Of a DNA stretch of 50,864 nucleotides, positions 36,272 through 47,984 are shown piece by piece (the stretch's first letter is position 1; every line of letters starts with the position of its first letter). A program made the position numbers and the translations under genes. Source of the DNA: Thermoguttaceae bacterium (GTDB taxonomy: Bacteria > Planctomycetota > Planctomycetia > Pirellulales > Thermoguttaceae); contig JBDKTH010000436.1 of the NCBI GenBank assembly GCA_039680305.1, positions 1-50,864 of the forward strand, in the 5' to 3' direction. Below the pieces are notes generated by a model. The model did no database searches and was not told where the DNA came from. It saw only the letters and a program-made list of their open reading frames with translations.

Positions 36272-37513
36272 TCAAATGCGATGTGCCAGGAGACTGAAGG
36301 AGAGCGTGTGCCCGATCGGCAGTTCCTTCTGGCCCGGCGGCACTTCGACATACGCGTTGGCTTCATGGGAGTGGAAAATGTCGGCCGAGCTCGCCGCCGA
36401 AAGCGGGAGGATAGTCCAGCCATCGGGCGAGGGCGCCTCCGACTGGACCACGGCCGGCACGAACCGTGTTCGGCCACGGTCGGGCTGAAGCGGTGCGAGG
36501 AGGTGTCCCTGCCCGGTGGCCGTCTCGGTGCCGCGGCCGCCCATTCCGGCAATGGCGGCTCTCACATAGCGGCAGAAACAGAAGTGACATGCCAGCGGAT
36601 TGCCCGGCAGCCCGAAAAGCAGGCTCCGGCCTCGCCGGGCCAGCAGCAGCGGCTTGCCGGGTTTCTGCACGACCTTGTGGAAGAGGATCTCCGCACCCCC
36701 GTCGAGGAGCACCTCGGGGACGAGGTCGAAGGTACCCACCGAGGCTCCGCCGCTGAGCACGACAAGATCGCATTGCCCTGCCTCATCGAGGGCGGCACGG
36801 ATGGCGCCGCGGTCGTCGCCCACCAGCCTGCACATCGGCAGTGCCAAGCCGGAATCGAGTGCCAAGGCCGCTAGCATGAGGCCGTTCGAGTCGCGAATCT
36901 GGCCGTCGCGGGGGCGTTGCGAGCCGACGACGAGTTCCTCGCCGGTGACGATCAGGGCCATCCGCGGCGAGGGAATCACCGCAATCTCGCGCCGGCCGAT
37001 GCTTGCCAAGGCGGCGATTGCCAACGGCGTCACTACGGCGCCGTCCAGGATGACTTCCTCGCCCGCTGGACAGTCGCTGCCCACTTCGGCGATATGTAAA
37101 CCCGGCGGGATCGTCGCGGGCAAGACCACCCGGTCTGCGTCGTAGCGGATGTGCTCTTTCTGCACGACGGCTTCCGTGCCCGGCGGGCAGGCGGCGCCGG
37201 TCATGATCTCCACGCACCCCTGCGGGGTCACGCGATGAGCCATCGTTTCGCTCCCCGCTGGTTGTCGGCCGACGACGGCGATGGCTTGACCGGCGGAAGC
37301 CAGGCTCACTGCGTAGCCGTCCATCATGGCACGCCGGAAGGGCGGATAGTCACGATCGGCGTGAACCGACTCGGCCAAGGGCCGGCCCATCGCGTCGAGT
37401 AACGGTACTTGCCGGGCGGGCAATGGCGTAGCAGCATCAAGGACTATACGATAGGCTTCGGCGGGGGAAACCATGGTTGATACGCGACTCGTTGGACTGT
37501 GGGCGAGAGACAT
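36272..37513 (-). CDS. moeA: Molybdopterin molybdenumtransferase MoeA
   Basis: AGGAGA RBS. GQIRDSNGLML, LVVLSGGASVGTFDLV, VVQKPGKPLL, GLPGNPLAC. Confidence 0.9.
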   Translation of the reverse strand: MSLAHSPTSRVSTMVSPAEAYRIVLDAATPLPARQVPLLDAMGRPLAESVHADRDYPPFRRAMMDGYAVSLASAGQAIAVVGRQPAGSETMAHRVTPQGCVEIMTGAACPPGTEAVVQKEHIRYDADRVVLPATIPPGLHIAEVGSDCPAGEEVILDGAVVTPLAIAALASIGRREIAVIPSPRMALIVTGEELVVGSQRPRDGQIRDSNGLMLAALALDSGLALPMCRLVGDDRGAIRAALDEAGQCDLVVLSGGASVGTFDLVPEVLLDGGAEILFHKVVQKPGKPLLLARRGRSLLFGLPGNPLACHFCFCRYVRAAIAGMGGRGTETATGQGHLLAPLQPDRGRTRFVPAVVQSEAPSPDGWTILPLSAASSADIFHSHEANAYVEVPPGQKELPIGHTLSFSLLAHRI

Positions 37514-37528
37514 TGACCGATCTCCTGG

Positions 37529-38539
37529 TTAACCGCCGATCCATACCATTTGCCGCTTAGGCCAGGTTTCGCCCGGCGAGCACTTCGCTACGAGACAGGT
37601 ACGTATTCGCCCGGCGATCTCGTCCTCGTCACCGCGATGAAGTGGCGTCAGCAGGTCTTCGATGTGCGGGCTTCGCAGGCACGACACAAGGCGGCCGCGA
37701 CAATCGAGCCGCAGGCGGTTGCACTTTGCACAAAAAGGATGCGACACCGGTGTGATAAGACCGATCGTCACGGGGCGTCCCTCAACCGTGAAGCAATATC
37801 GCCGAGCCGTTCCGTCTCCATCCAGTTCGCCCAGGCAGGCAAACTCCTGTTCCAAGGCCGTCAGTGCCTCGTTGGCTGGCAGAAAGTCCGTTGCAAAAAG
37901 CGTCGCTCCCGGGCCGCACGGCATCAGTTCAATGAAGCGGATCTCGCAGCCAGAATCGACCGCCAATCGCACAAGCGAGCCCAGACGGCCACCGTTCACA
38001 CGGCGGATAAGCACGCTGTTGAGTTTGAGCTTCACAAAGCCTTCGGCCTGAGCCGCTCTGATTCCGGCCAGCACGCTGTCAAGCTGACCGCCGCGAGAAA
38101 GCGTGGTAAAGGCCGCCGGGTCCAGGGTGTCGAGGCTGATGTTCAGAGCGTCGAGGCCCGCCGCACGCAGCGGTCCGGCCAGCCGCAACAGCAATGAACC
38201 GTTCGTCGTCAACGCCAGCACTGCGTCAGGCAAGATCGCACGAAGGTTTCGCACAAGATCGACCAGGCCAGAACGCAGGAGCGGCTCGCCCCCCGTCAAC
38301 CGGAGTTTGTGCAAAGGGCGCACTCGATCGATGTACCGCACGAGTTCAAGAAGCTCCTCGTTGGATGCAGATGGTGGCGAGGATTCATCGCGGGCCGCTT
38401 TGGCAGGGCGGCAATATTGACAACGGAAGTTGCAGCGGTCGGTGACCGACAGTCGCAAATACAGTGGTTGCTGGACCGTCCGGAGACAATGGAACACGCT
38501 CGTTTCCTTTCCTGGCACGGGCTGCGGCGAACCTACCAA
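37529..38539 (-). CDS. moaA: GTP 3',8-cyclase MoaA (radical SAM); TTG start uncertain
   Basis: LRLSVTDRCNFRCQYCRP (CX3CX2C), and C-terminal CAKCNRLRL cluster. Confidence 0.9.
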   Translation of the reverse strand: MVGSPQPVPGKETSVFHCLRTVQQPLYLRLSVTDRCNFRCQYCRPAKAARDESSPPSASNEELLELVRYIDRVRPLHKLRLTGGEPLLRSGLVDLVRNLRAILPDAVLALTTNGSLLLRLAGPLRAAGLDALNISLDTLDPAAFTTLSRGGQLDSVLAGIRAAQAEGFVKLKLNSVLIRRVNGGRLGSLVRLAVDSGCEIRFIELMPCGPGATLFATDFLPANEALTALEQEFACLGELDGDGTARRYCFTVEGRPVTIGLITPVSHPFCAKCNRLRLDCRGRLVSCLRSPHIEDLLTPLHRGDEDEIAGRIRTCLVAKCSPGETWPKRQMVWIGG

Positions 38540-38566
38540 GACCGTGCGATCCCTGGTTCGGGTCTC

Positions 38567-39220
38567 CTATACGGGATTGTCTTTCGATTCGAGTCCTCGC
38601 ACCGCCTGGTCATCGGACACGTGACCAACTGTGCCCGATGGCGCGGTGGGACCCGCGCGCTGGCGCAGCAGTTCGGCTACAGTCGCGAGATAACCGATTC
38701 CCGACTGTTGCAGGGCCGTGGCCAGTGGCTCGGCAATCACGGCCAGATGCTCGGCCAGAAATCGCTGCGTTGCCTCGGCCGTGACCTCCCGTTCCTCGGA
38801 CTGACCGCCGAGCGAAGCATACGCCTGTTTCAATTGCATAAAGGCGACAAAGCCGGTTTCGACCGCGACATGGTCTGGCGATTCTGAACAGCGAGTCTGG
38901 TAGCCGAAGGCCTCGTAGTAGGCTTGCAGTTCGGACAGCAGGCCGCCGGGCACCATCGTCACGTGGTAGCTCACTTCCCGAGGGCTCGCCGGCCCACCAG
39001 GCCCGAGCGTGGAGTGGTAAAGACCAGCATCAGCCTCTTCGTGGGCCTGTCGAGCGGCAGCGGACAGGCTCTCGTCGGCTACCTCTGCTGCCAGCAAGAC
39101 CAACTCCTCACGCCACTCGGGTTCCGGTGGCTCAAACAACAGCCCCAACAGCCGCCACTCGACCGATTGTCGCAGGAGCTCGTAGGAGAGGCCGTCGGAA
39201 CTCGTCGATGGATTGCTCAT
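38567..39220 (-). CDS. TorD/NarJ-family redox-enzyme maturation chaperone (delta)
   Basis: ATGA overlap with the gamma gene. PDHVAVETGFVAFM and the surrounding helical pattern are typical of the TorD/DmsD/NarJ family. Confidence 0.7.
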   Translation of the reverse strand: MSNPSTSSDGLSYELLRQSVEWRLLGLLFEPPEPEWREELVLLAAEVADESLSAAARQAHEEADAGLYHSTLGPGGPASPREVSYHVTMVPGGLLSELQAYYEAFGYQTRCSESPDHVAVETGFVAFMQLKQAYASLGGQSEEREVTAEATQRFLAEHLAVIAEPLATALQQSGIGYLATVAELLRQRAGPTAPSGTVGHVSDDQAVRGLESKDNPV

Positions 39221-40086
39221 GGTTGCACCTCGAAAACCAAAGGGATCCAGGCGGTCCGCATCTTGCGGGCACCGACCTCCTGGCGTCCGCCTTCCCACAC
39301 GGCGAAGGCGACTTGGGAGCCGTTCTGCGGTGAGAGGCCCTTGGGTAAGTCGCGGGTAATGACCACGCTCCAACCGCTCGTGGTGCGGCGGCCGGCGCCC
39401 GTCGAGTTGCCGTCTGGTTTTGGGGCGAGAGTTCCCGGGCCCTCGGCGATCAGGTCTTGGACCGGCGTGTCCCGGGGGCCGGCCATCGTGTTGCCGACCG
39501 CCCGGGCCGGCGCATAACGGCCGGCCATTTCCCGTTGCGGAGCGGACCCCGACGGCAGGGAAGTTGCTTCAAAGGGGTAGTGGTCGACCGCGGCATTCGG
39601 GTAGATGTCACGAATCGAATCGCCGCGCCCATCGACGACCGCCTGCCAGGCGGCGTTCCATAGCACGATTTCCACCCCGCGTCCCAACTCGCCCATCTGC
39701 GGCGCGGGAACTGTCGCCGCGACGACCTGGGGAAGTTGCACGGCACAGGCATCCGTGAAGCGGGCCGCACCGCCCAGATCGTCCTTCGTGGGATCGGCCC
39801 ACGCCAGCCGGAATGCCAGGCGACGCCCGTCGGAAAGCGCACGAACGCGGACCTCGGCCGTCGAAAGCTTCAGCAATCGCGGCTCCACCAGATCCTGGGC
39901 GATGAGCTTGGCCACATGTTCGGGCGTTCCGTCCCAGACCGGGGCATCGGGCGTTCGGGGTAGCGCGGTGCACGCCGCCACCACCACGTCGGACAGAGGT
40001 GCCGGCGGCGGGGCCTGACGACATCCGGCCGAGAGGCAGACCGCCAAGGCACCCACGCTCGAGAGCCAGCCAATCGGGATTCGCAT
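39217..40086 (-). CDS. Gamma subunit: EB_dh-like (EbdC/NxrC/SerC-type) haem b domain with a lipoprotein signal
   Basis: MRIPIGWLSSVGALAVCLSAGC (lipobox), then WDGTPEHV...RVRALSDGRRLAFRLAWAD...AVQLP...FAVWEG, typical of type II DMSO-reductase gamma subunits. Upstream part of ORF 39217..41253 is out-of-frame overlap with beta. Confidence 0.7.
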   Translation of the reverse strand: MRIPIGWLSSVGALAVCLSAGCRQAPPPAPLSDVVVAACTALPRTPDAPVWDGTPEHVAKLIAQDLVEPRLLKLSTAEVRVRALSDGRRLAFRLAWADPTKDDLGGAARFTDACAVQLPQVVAATVPAPQMGELGRGVEIVLWNAAWQAVVDGRGDSIRDIYPNAAVDHYPFEATSLPSGSAPQREMAGRYAPARAVGNTMAGPRDTPVQDLIAEGPGTLAPKPDGNSTGAGRRTTSGWSVVITRDLPKGLSPQNGSQVAFAVWEGGRQEVGARKMRTAWIPLVFEVQP

Positions 40087-40169
40087 GAACGGGTCTCCTG
40101 AGAACCCTTCACACAACCCGGATCTCTCCGGCGTTGTCTCGGGGCAGTATCGGGTAATGTTCGGGGGTC

Positions 40170-41261
40170 TTATGGACAATTGCTTCGCATGACTTGATGT
40201 TTGGAGTCGAACGCCTTGCGGATGTAGACCGGCTCTTTGAGCGGCACGCGGACGATCTCGCGCCCGTTGTCCTCCAGCGCGCTGATCCAATCGTCCTGAC
40301 GGCGCCAACGCGGCACGAGGCGGTCCGTGCAGCCGAACAGGCTCAGCAGGCCGGCCAGGTCGAGATCGTCCGGTGCGCTGCGGTAGGTCTGAATCGCCGT
40401 CGCCACACGGGGGCCAAACATCTGCGTAAGGAACGCGTCGGGGGCCTGGATCGGCGGAATGTAGTAGACGTTCGGCTCCAGGCCGAATTGAGGAAACAGC
40501 GGCAGTGCGACCTTGCGCACGTGCACGAGATAATCGAGGGGATTGTCGGGCTGAGCCTTCTCGGGCGGCGAGAGCCAGCCGGCCAGGCGGATCTTGCCGA
40601 TGCAATTGACAAAGCACTGCGGCTGCAGCCCCTGCTCGATCTTGGGGAAGCAGGCAATGCACTTCTCCGAGGTGCCGGTAAGCGGATTGAAGAAGACCTT
40701 CTTGTACGGGCATGCCCTCACGCACTCCCGGTAGCCGCGGCAGCGGCTCTGGTCTACCAGGACGATGCCATCCTCGGGGCGTTTGTAGATCGAGCCGCGC
40801 GGGCAGGAGGCCAGGCAGGCGGGATAGGTGCAATGGTTGCAGATCCGTGCCAGGTAGAAGAACCAGTTCAAGTGCGGGACCTGCATCGCCGCGCCGCGGT
40901 CGACCCGGCCGGCGCAATCGTCCTCGCCGACGTTCGGGTAGGCGTAGTCCAGATCGTCGGGACGCCATCCGAGCACCCGCTGGCCGGCCTGGGCGGCCTC
41001 GAAGATCGTGCGTCCGGCATACTGATTGCCCTGCCACTCCTGGGCCCCTAGCTTGGTGAGAAGGTTCAGGTCCCAGGCCAACGGGTAGCAGCCGTAGGGC
41101 TTCGACTCGACATTGTTCCAGAGCATGTACTCCTGGCCTTTTCCCGACGTCCATGTCGTCTTGCAGGCGAGGGTGCAAGTCTGGCAAGCGATGCACTTGT
41201 TGAGATCGAAGACCGCCGCAAACTGCCGTTTCGGCCGGTTCTCCGGATACCAATACGACAT
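40170..41261 (-). CDS. Beta subunit: NarH/NxrB-type four-cluster Fe-S protein
   Basis: [49 protein letters not shown]...CFVNC. Confidence 0.9.
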   Translation of the reverse strand: MSYWYPENRPKRQFAAVFDLNKCIACQTCTLACKTTWTSGKGQEYMLWNNVESKPYGCYPLAWDLNLLTKLGAQEWQGNQYAGRTIFEAAQAGQRVLGWRPDDLDYAYPNVGEDDCAGRVDRGAAMQVPHLNWFFYLARICNHCTYPACLASCPRGSIYKRPEDGIVLVDQSRCRGYRECVRACPYKKVFFNPLTGTSEKCIACFPKIEQGLQPQCFVNCIGKIRLAGWLSPPEKAQPDNPLDYLVHVRKVALPLFPQFGLEPNVYYIPPIQAPDAFLTQMFGPRVATAIQTYRSAPDDLDLAGLLSLFGCTDRLVPRWRRQDDWISALEDNGREIVRVPLKEPVYIRKAFDSKHQVMRSNCP

Positions 41262-41299
41262 TGACCGACCGATCTGCCAGTTGTAAGCCAATGCCACGG

Positions 41300-44200
41300 C
41301 TAGCCTTCCTTTCTTTTGACAGGATGCGGAACGGCGCCGACGAGGAATTCGCCGGCGAGGTAGTGCGCCATCGCTTCCGATTCGTACATGGGGCGGATGC
41401 CCAACGCCGCGGGGCGCCAGAGGCCCTCGGCCTCCAGCCCGCCCGGCTCGGCGCGGGTGATCTTCACAATCGCCTCGCGCGGAGCGCCGGTCGGACAATG
41501 GACGTCGGGCATGAACCCTTCGCCGATTCCCTGGCCGAACATCGTCTTGCGGACCAGCGAATCGGTCATCAACGTGGGCTTCAGCCAGCCGCGGGTGGCC
41601 GATTGGTGCGATCCGGAACGGAACATTGCCTGGTACGGGGTCCGTGGATTCTTCGCCAAGCCGTCCTTGCGGACCCTCTGCCCCTCCTGCGAGCCAGGGG
41701 TGGTGCCGTACATATTGAACCACATCCGCGTCACGCCTCGCGGGGTGCCCGGGTAGTACCGCGCCCGACAGAGCAGCCGCGCGAATTGATAGTCCTTGGC
41801 GTTCTTCTGCCAGCCGCGGAAGGGGCGATCCTCGGGATCGGAATCGATCCACACGTAGTCGCCGTCTTCGACCCCCAGATCCTTGGCGTCGAGGGGATGG
41901 ATGTCGACGTAGCCTTCGGTCACGAAGGGACTTCGCTTGTCGCGCCGGTAGACGTCGCCAAACGGACCGAAGAGCATCGCCACCATGTCGGTGTCGATGG
42001 GCATCGTGTGGGCCCCATGGCGGTACTTCGGCGTGTGGAACACGAAGCGATAACCGTCTTTCGCCAAGGGATGGACCGATTGGCTCGTCTCGACCCAAGT
42101 CTTGACCACGTTGCGCCCGCAACGGGTTTCGCAGGAAAGATCGTCGCGGCTGACGCCGTACTTCTCCGGCCCCGCCGGACGAATCGCCTCGTGTTGCGGA
42201 GCCACGATCACGTTCGGCTCATAGAAAGTCGAGTCGACCGGCTCCCGGTGCACGGGCAGGTTCTCTCCCGCTTCGATGAATTCGTCTTCTTCGCGGTAGA
42301 GTTCCAGACGGCCGCTCTTCGTGTACCAGGGACGCGAATCGGTCACTTGCTCGTAACCGACGGCCTTCGGGCTCGTGCGGCTCTGGAGAATCGCCGGGAT
42401 CCCCTCCTTCGCCTTGGCCTCTAGGTCGCGGAACTCGTAGCCCTTCGCGTTGCAGGAATGGTCGAGAATCCGCTGCAGGTACACGTCGGTGCGTCCCTCG
42501 CGGACGAACTTCCAGTAATCGTTGAACCGCGTGTCGCCAGTGAGCGCGGCCATCTTGGAGGCCACCAGGGCCAGGACCTCGATGTCGCCAATCGTGTGGA
42601 AGATTCGCTTCAGCGGCGTTCGCGGAAAGATCGAGAGGAAGGGGTTCGTGACGGAAGCCGTCATATCGGGGTGTTTCAGCTCCGCCCACGAATCAACCCC
42701 GAACACCACGTCGGCCCACTCGCACGACGTGGACCACCACCACTCGTTCACGCAGATCATCTCGATTCGCGGCAGCATGTTCACCACCATGTTGTAGTGC
42801 CACTTCACATTTCCCAGGATGGAGTTGGCATTGGCGAACCAAAGCGACTTTGTGGGAGTCGGAATGTGGGTCAAGCCGGTGAGCAGGCGATTGCCCACTC
42901 GTAGCGGGTGGTCCTCGTGGTTGTAGTAATGGGCCGATTCCGACTTCCAATACTGTCGCGGGCGCGCCGGTTTGGCCGGATCCAGCTCGATGTCAAAGGG
43001 ATTTTCGTTGATGTACTGAGGGGCCCCATTGAACAGGGCAACGCGATGGTTGCCGGAGAAGGAGCCGACGTTGCCGCCGATCTTACCGACGTTGCCGGTC
43101 AGCGCCGCCACGAGAAAGATGTCGCGGTCCTTGCTGGCGTTGTTGAAGAACTGGTTCGGCCCCATCCCAAGCGCGAAGAGCGTGGTTCCCGGCTTTGCGG
43201 CGAAATGTCGGGCGAGCGACTCCACCGCCACGGCCGGCGCCCAGGTGAGCTCCTCGGTGGTCTTGGGATCGAAATGCTCGGCATACTCACGAACCAAGTC
43301 GAACACGGGACGGCAGCGGACCGTTTTGCCGTCGGCCAGTTTGACTTCAACGCTCCCCTCCAGCAGTGCTTTGCCGACCTTCGATTGCGTGCCGACCTGG
43401 TCGCGGGTCAAGGCCTGGGGCTTGGCCGAATCTTCGTTCCACCACACGTAGTCCCCCCATTTGTCGCGTATCGCGATGGGAATCAACATCTCCTTCTGCA
43501 CGCCTGCCGGCGGTTCTTGTTCGCCCTCGGCCAGAACGCGGGTGCTATTGGAAAGCTCGGCCGGTTGCCCCCCGAAGACCTCTTGGGCTCGGAGGTACTT
43601 GAGCGTGTCCATGCGGACCAACAGCGGCAGGTCCGTCCACTGGCGAACGTAGTCGATGTCATAGAGACGCTCGCGAAGAATCACGTGCGCAAGCCCCAAC
43701 GCCAACGCCGGTGTCGTGCCGGGGCGGACGACGATCGCGTCGTCGGCCTTGGTGCAGGTGGCCGAGTACTCGCAGGCGATCACCACGATCCGCGTCCCCT
43801 TGAGCCTCGCCTCGGTAAGCCAGTGGGCGTCGGGCATCTTGGTGGTGATCCAGTTCATCCCCCACACGACCAGCGTCTTGCAGTGTTCGACGGCCGAGAG
43901 GTCGAACTCGACGGCCTGCTGGCCGGTGACCATGGGGTGGCCGGGGGGGAGATCGGTATGCCAACTGAAGTTGTCGAAGCCCTTGGCCCCCAGGGCCTCG
44001 TCGGGCGGCACTTTGCGGATTGCCGCGTCCAGCAAGGCCAGCGAGTTGGCGAAACGATACATCCCGAAGACCCGCGTCATACCCAACAGCGGCATCCCGC
44101 CGCGAAACTTTAGCACCTGCGTACCGGCGCCCTGCGTGGCCTCGATCGTGAGCGGGTCGTAGTGTTGGGCCGCCAGCCGCTTCTGCCCCGCTTCGCCGGT

Positions 44201-44770
44201 GTAGGTCTCGGCGATGTTCCTCAGGGCCGCGGCGACGATTGTGGCCGCTTCGTCGTGCGACAGGCGGAGCCACTGATCGCGGGCCCGCTGGAAAAACTCC
44301 TCCGGCGGTCGTCCATCTTCCCCTCGCGGGAAGCCCGCTTCCACCCATCGCTTAAAGCCGGCCCGGACCATGCACTGGTTGACGCGGCGGTCCCCGTAGA
44401 AGCGTCGGGTTAGGACTAGGCCCTTCTGGCAGACCCGCGGGTCCCAGCGGTGGGTCGTGTGGTTGCCCTCCAGGTCGCTCGCCTCCCCGTAACGCATCGT
44501 GGGGCCGATGCGTGTCACCACACCGGAGCGTACATAGGCATTGAGGATGCAGTTGTGTGTATCGTTTGGAGCGCAGAGGAACGTGAACGTCGAGTCGTGT
44601 TTCCACAGATCCCGGTACGCCCGTTCCCAGTCGCGATCGGGGTAGGCAGCCAAGGGGTTGGTCACCGCGTCGAGGCCCCAAGCGCGGGTGGCCGACGCCA
44701 CAAAGGCCCCGAAACCGGCCGCGCTGGCTGTCGCAAGAAAGTCACGGCGGGATTGATGGTTCTGGCTCAT
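41300..44770 (-). CDS. Alpha subunit: Tat-exported molybdopterin oxidoreductase of the periplasmic Nar/NXR (type II DMSOR) type, 1156 aa
   Basis: GGAGA RBS. SRRDFL twin-arginine signal. N-terminal cluster motif C-APN-D-THN-C at 44549-44575. Very large size. Co-operonic beta, gamma and delta. Confidence 0.9.
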   Translation of the reverse strand: MSQNHQSRRDFLATASAAGFGAFVASATRAWGLDAVTNPLAAYPDRDWERAYRDLWKHDSTFTFLCAPNDTHNCILNAYVRSGVVTRIGPTMRYGEASDLEGNHTTHRWDPRVCQKGLVLTRRFYGDRRVNQCMVRAGFKRWVEAGFPRGEDGRPPEEFFQRARDQWLRLSHDEAATIVAAALRNIAETYTGEAGQKRLAAQHYDPLTIEATQGAGTQVLKFRGGMPLLGMTRVFGMYRFANSLALLDAAIRKVPPDEALGAKGFDNFSWHTDLPPGHPMVTGQQAVEFDLSAVEHCKTLVVWGMNWITTKMPDAHWLTEARLKGTRIVVIACEYSATCTKADDAIVVRPGTTPALALGLAHVILRERLYDIDYVRQWTDLPLLVRMDTLKYLRAQEVFGGQPAELSNSTRVLAEGEQEPPAGVQKEMLIPIAIRDKWGDYVWWNEDSAKPQALTRDQVGTQSKVGKALLEGSVEVKLADGKTVRCRPVFDLVREYAEHFDPKTTEELTWAPAVAVESLARHFAAKPGTTLFALGMGPNQFFNNASKDRDIFLVAALTGNVGKIGGNVGSFSGNHRVALFNGAPQYINENPFDIELDPAKPARPRQYWKSESAHYYNHEDHPLRVGNRLLTGLTHIPTPTKSLWFANANSILGNVKWHYNMVVNMLPRIEMICVNEWWWSTSCEWADVVFGVDSWAELKHPDMTASVTNPFLSIFPRTPLKRIFHTIGDIEVLALVASKMAALTGDTRFNDYWKFVREGRTDVYLQRILDHSCNAKGYEFRDLEAKAKEGIPAILQSRTSPKAVGYEQVTDSRPWYTKSGRLELYREEDEFIEAGENLPVHREPVDSTFYEPNVIVAPQHEAIRPAGPEKYGVSRDDLSCETRCGRNVVKTWVETSQSVHPLAKDGYRFVFHTPKYRHGAHTMPIDTDMVAMLFGPFGDVYRRDKRSPFVTEGYVDIHPLDAKDLGVEDGDYVWIDSDPEDRPFRGWQKNAKDYQFARLLCRARYYPGTPRGVTRMWFNMYGTTPGSQEGQRVRKDGLAKNPRTPYQAMFRSGSHQSATRGWLKPTLMTDSLVRKTMFGQGIGEGFMPDVHCPTGAPREAIVKITRAEPGGLEAEGLWRPAALGIRPMYESEAMAHYLAGEFLVGAVPHPVKRKEG

Positions 44771-46434
44771 TTCCGCGTCTCCCAAGTGCGCAGGTAGGCC
44801 ACAATCGACTCGATGTCGGCGGGCGTAAGGATTGGGTAGATCGTTGAAGGATTGAGGAATCCGTGCATGGCAGTGCCGCGCCTCCCTCGGACGATCGTTT
44901 CTACGAGATAATCGTCCGTCGCCGTGGCAAGCAGGATTGGATTGTTAAGTGCCGGGGCATCGAGACCCTCGCCGCCAGCGCCATGGCAGCCCGCGCAATG
45001 GCGAGTGAAGAGCTCTTTGCCCCGGCTTGGCTCAGCATTGATCCAACGCGGGGCGAGATGGACGGGCGTCGGCGCGCCCACCTCGGCCGTCTGTCGGAGG
45101 TGGGCGATGATCGCCGCGATTTCATCCTTCCGCAACCCGCCAGCCGTTTCACTCCAGGCGGGCATCCGGCGACCGGGACGCCCCAACCAGATCGTCGCGG
45201 CGAGAAACCCATCGCTGGCGGTGGCCAGGAAATCCGCATTGCCGATCGCCGGGAAGGGCGGTGTTCCGGCGAAACGCCGCCCCTCGCCTGAGGCTCCGTG
45301 GCAGGCGGCACAGAACGTGGCGTAGAGCGTGGCCCCGTCCGTCCCAAATTCACGCTGCCCGAATCGCTCCGTCTGGATGCGGTCCTTGGGCCAATAGGCT
45401 TCCGGGACATCGCTCCTCCGCAACGAGAGCACGTAGTAGGTCAATAGGTCCACTTCGTCCTGGCTCAGTCCGAACTTTGGCATCTTTGAGCCGGGGACGA
45501 CGCGTGCCGGATCGCGAGTATGCTCGGAGAGCCAGTTGGCCAGCGTGTGCTCGCCCGAGACGTGGGCGAAGTCGAGTTGGCCGGGGTCTCGCAGTCCAAT
45601 CCGCGTCAAGTCTGGCCCGTCGTCGCCGCCAACGCCGCCGATCTTGTGGCAGCCGCGGCAGCCGAGGGAATGGAACAGGGCTTTCGCTTCGATCAGCCGC
45701 GGAGCGCCAACCCGCGATGTCAAATACGACTCAATCGTCTCGCGATCCATGGGGGCGAACGTGGAGAGTCTGCCCTTCCAAGCCTCATGGTCGGGCCGGC
45801 GCACACGTTGGAGATGTTTTTCGTGCCAGTCCTGGTCGAATCCGGTCACTCCGACCTTCGACAGATCAGGGCCCTCCATCCCGCCGGCCCCGCCGGGGCG
45901 AAGCGTGCCGCCGCGTCCGTCGATGCGATGGCACGCCAGGCAGTCGTGCCGCTCGACTAGGTTACGTCCGCGAACCAATTGGTCTTGGCTCGGCACCTGG
46001 AGATGGGTGTGGCAGCTTCCGCAGCCGGCATACGCATACCGCGTAGGGATCATCGGCTCCGGCCAGAAGTGAACCTCCCCATGGGCGTCGGCCTTGTCCG
46101 TCGCCCGTCCCTGTCCGCCGTGACAGACCGTGCAACCGAACTCCGCCGGGTCGTGGCCGACCGGCGGGTGGGCACAAGCCGCAGGATGCCCGCTGACGCC
46201 CTGCTTCCCTGGGGCCATGCCGACGTGGCAGGTCACGCAACGATCCGTGACGCCGAGCTTCGGCACGACGACCTGACGCAGACGCACCTCCAGCGGGCCA
46301 GCATCGGTCTGGACCGAGGTCTGGATTTGCCGCCACTCCCTCAGGAAGTTCTCCTGCACAGCCGCCGCGATCAGCAAGCCCAGCGTGCCGAGACTCGACC
46401 AGAGAAGCAGATGTTTGTTCTTGTTCATTGCCAT
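44767..46434 (-). CDS. Membrane-anchored cytochrome c with seven CXXCH motifs
   Basis: N-terminal [55 protein letters not shown]. The last four sit in class-I-like domains. Confidence 0.85.
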   Translation of the reverse strand: MAMNKNKHLLLWSSLGTLGLLIAAAVQENFLREWRQIQTSVQTDAGPLEVRLRQVVVPKLGVTDRCVTCHVGMAPGKQGVSGHPAACAHPPVGHDPAEFGCTVCHGGQGRATDKADAHGEVHFWPEPMIPTRYAYAGCGSCHTHLQVPSQDQLVRGRNLVERHDCLACHRIDGRGGTLRPGGAGGMEGPDLSKVGVTGFDQDWHEKHLQRVRRPDHEAWKGRLSTFAPMDRETIESYLTSRVGAPRLIEAKALFHSLGCRGCHKIGGVGGDDGPDLTRIGLRDPGQLDFAHVSGEHTLANWLSEHTRDPARVVPGSKMPKFGLSQDEVDLLTYYVLSLRRSDVPEAYWPKDRIQTERFGQREFGTDGATLYATFCAACHGASGEGRRFAGTPPFPAIGNADFLATASDGFLAATIWLGRPGRRMPAWSETAGGLRKDEIAAIIAHLRQTAEVGAPTPVHLAPRWINAEPSRGKELFTRHCAGCHGAGGEGLDAPALNNPILLATATDDYLVETIVRGRRGTAMHGFLNPSTIYPILTPADIESIVAYLRTWETRK

Positions 46435-47984
46435 CAGTGCCTGGGCCAGTCGGCGGGAGACCAGTAGAAATCCCAGTTCGGACCGCGGAAGTAAGTGCCG
46501 ACCACCGTCAGCACGAGGAATCCGCAGAGGAAGCAGGTGAACAGCGCCAACGCGCCGGCCCGGGCCGACCCGTATCGCTTCACGATCCACAGGGAGTAAG
46601 CGGCATACATGGCGGCCAGAATCGTGCCGGGGTTGATCGCCGTAATCACCAACTGCGGGATTCCTGGAAACCACTCGCGCAGCCAGCCGAAGCGGATGGC
46701 AAAGGCCTCGATCGCCAACACGGCCACCAGGCCGAACCCGAGCGACCCCAGGACCAGTCGCACGCCGCCGGGCCCGCCAAACCACAGGCCCGTTCCGGTC
46801 TCTTCCCGGTCGAGGAACGGAATTAGCCCGAGCCCGACGAGGACAATCATGGGGATCCCGACTCCGCCCATGAACGCCGAATAGGCCACCAACTCCTGCA
46901 ACCCCAGGAAGTACCAGGGGGCTTTGGCGGGGTTCTCGGGAACACTCGGATTGGCCAACTCCTTCAATGGCGCGTCGGAGACCATCGCCAGGGCAAGACA
47001 GAGGAAGAGCGTCACCATCAACACGCCGAGTTCGGCATAGAACAGGTGGGGCATCGAGGGGACCGTGTTTTCCGGCCCGCGTCCGACGGCGGGAGAGACG
47101 CCCCTGACGACCGCCGCTAGATGATAGGTCTTGGCCGGCGCCTCGGTAAACACCGGATAAACGTCTGATGCGGGTTCCAGACGCTGATCGGCATCCACGG
47201 GCCGGGTCATGCCTCCATCCTTCCGGATTCGCCAGAAGTGGACCGCCAGCAGTCCTACGACTGCCAAGGGGAGAATCGCCACATGCAGCACATAGAAGCG
47301 GATCAGGGCCTCTTCCCCGACGATATCGGAGCCCAAGAGCAACTGCCGCTGCAGTCCACCCGGATCAAAAACCTGTGTGATGCCATGCACGTCGGTCAGT
47401 TCTCGGGGCGACTGGGCGATATTGGCGCCGATCGTGATCGCCCAGTAGGCGAGTTGATCCCAAGGCAGCAGATAACCGGTGAAGGAGAGGCCCAGCGTGA
47501 CCACCAAGAGGCTCATGCCGATGAGCCAGTTGAACTCGCGGGGTTTTCGGTAAGCGGCCGTGTAGAAGGCCCGCGCCATGTGAAGCAACACGGCAACGAC
47601 CATGATGTTGGCCGCCCACCGGTGGATGTTGCGGATGAAACGGCCGGTCGGCACGACAAAGTGAATATCCTTGATCGAGTCGTAGGCCACCTCGGGGTAC
47701 GGCTTGTAGTAGAACATCAACAGCACCCCGGTCACGAGCGCAATGAGGAAGGCAGCGGTAGCCGCGATTCCCAGCCCCATAGTCGTGGACCACCGCAAGC
47801 TCCAGCGATGCGTCCGCACCGAGTGAAGATGGAGGAAGACATTGCCGAACACGAAGTTCGACCGCGTGCGATCGGTGGTGGGAGGTCCATTGCGCAGCGC
47901 CGAGTCTCGAATGCGCCACGGGGCTCGGACGAGGTCTCCCAAGAACTTCCGCAGCGGCCTGTCTTCCGTAGCATTCGTGTTCAT
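46434..47984 (-). CDS. Cytochrome b (fused b6 / subunit IV-like), 516 aa
   Basis: [52 protein letters not shown]. Confidence 0.9.
   Translation of the reverse strand: MNTNATEDRPLRKFLGDLVRAPWRIRDSALRNGPPTTDRTRSNFVFGNVFLHLHSVRTHRWSLRWSTTMGLGIAATAAFLIALVTGVLLMFYYKPYPEVAYDSIKDIHFVVPTGRFIRNIHRWAANIMVVAVLLHMARAFYTAAYRKPREFNWLIGMSLLVVTLGLSFTGYLLPWDQLAYWAITIGANIAQSPRELTDVHGITQVFDPGGLQRQLLLGSDIVGEEALIRFYVLHVAILPLAVVGLLAVHFWRIRKDGGMTRPVDADQRLEPASDVYPVFTEAPAKTYHLAAVVRGVSPAVGRGPENTVPSMPHLFYAELGVLMVTLFLCLALAMVSDAPLKELANPSVPENPAKAPWYFLGLQELVAYSAFMGGVGIPMIVLVGLGLIPFLDREETGTGLWFGGPGGVRLVLGSLGFGLVAVLAIEAFAIRFGWLREWFPGIPQLVITAINPGTILAAMYAAYSLWIVKRYGSARAGALALFTCFLCGFLVLTVVGTYFRGPNWDFYWSPADWPRH

Noticed and set aside
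39217-42122. ORF-track proteins of 678 aa (39217-41253) and 650 aa (40170-42122) taken as single long genes
   Set aside because: Their N-terminal halves are out-of-frame read-through over the neighbouring gene. Internal ATGs at 40086 and 41261 give a proper signal peptide and the NarH-type N-terminus. The extensions of 44767-46785 and 47981-48808 were rejected for the same reason.
41261-44113. Plus-strand ORFs of 387 and 401 aa antisense to the alpha subunit
   Set aside because: They are shadow ORFs with no motifs, and the opposite strand encodes a 1156-aa molybdoenzyme.
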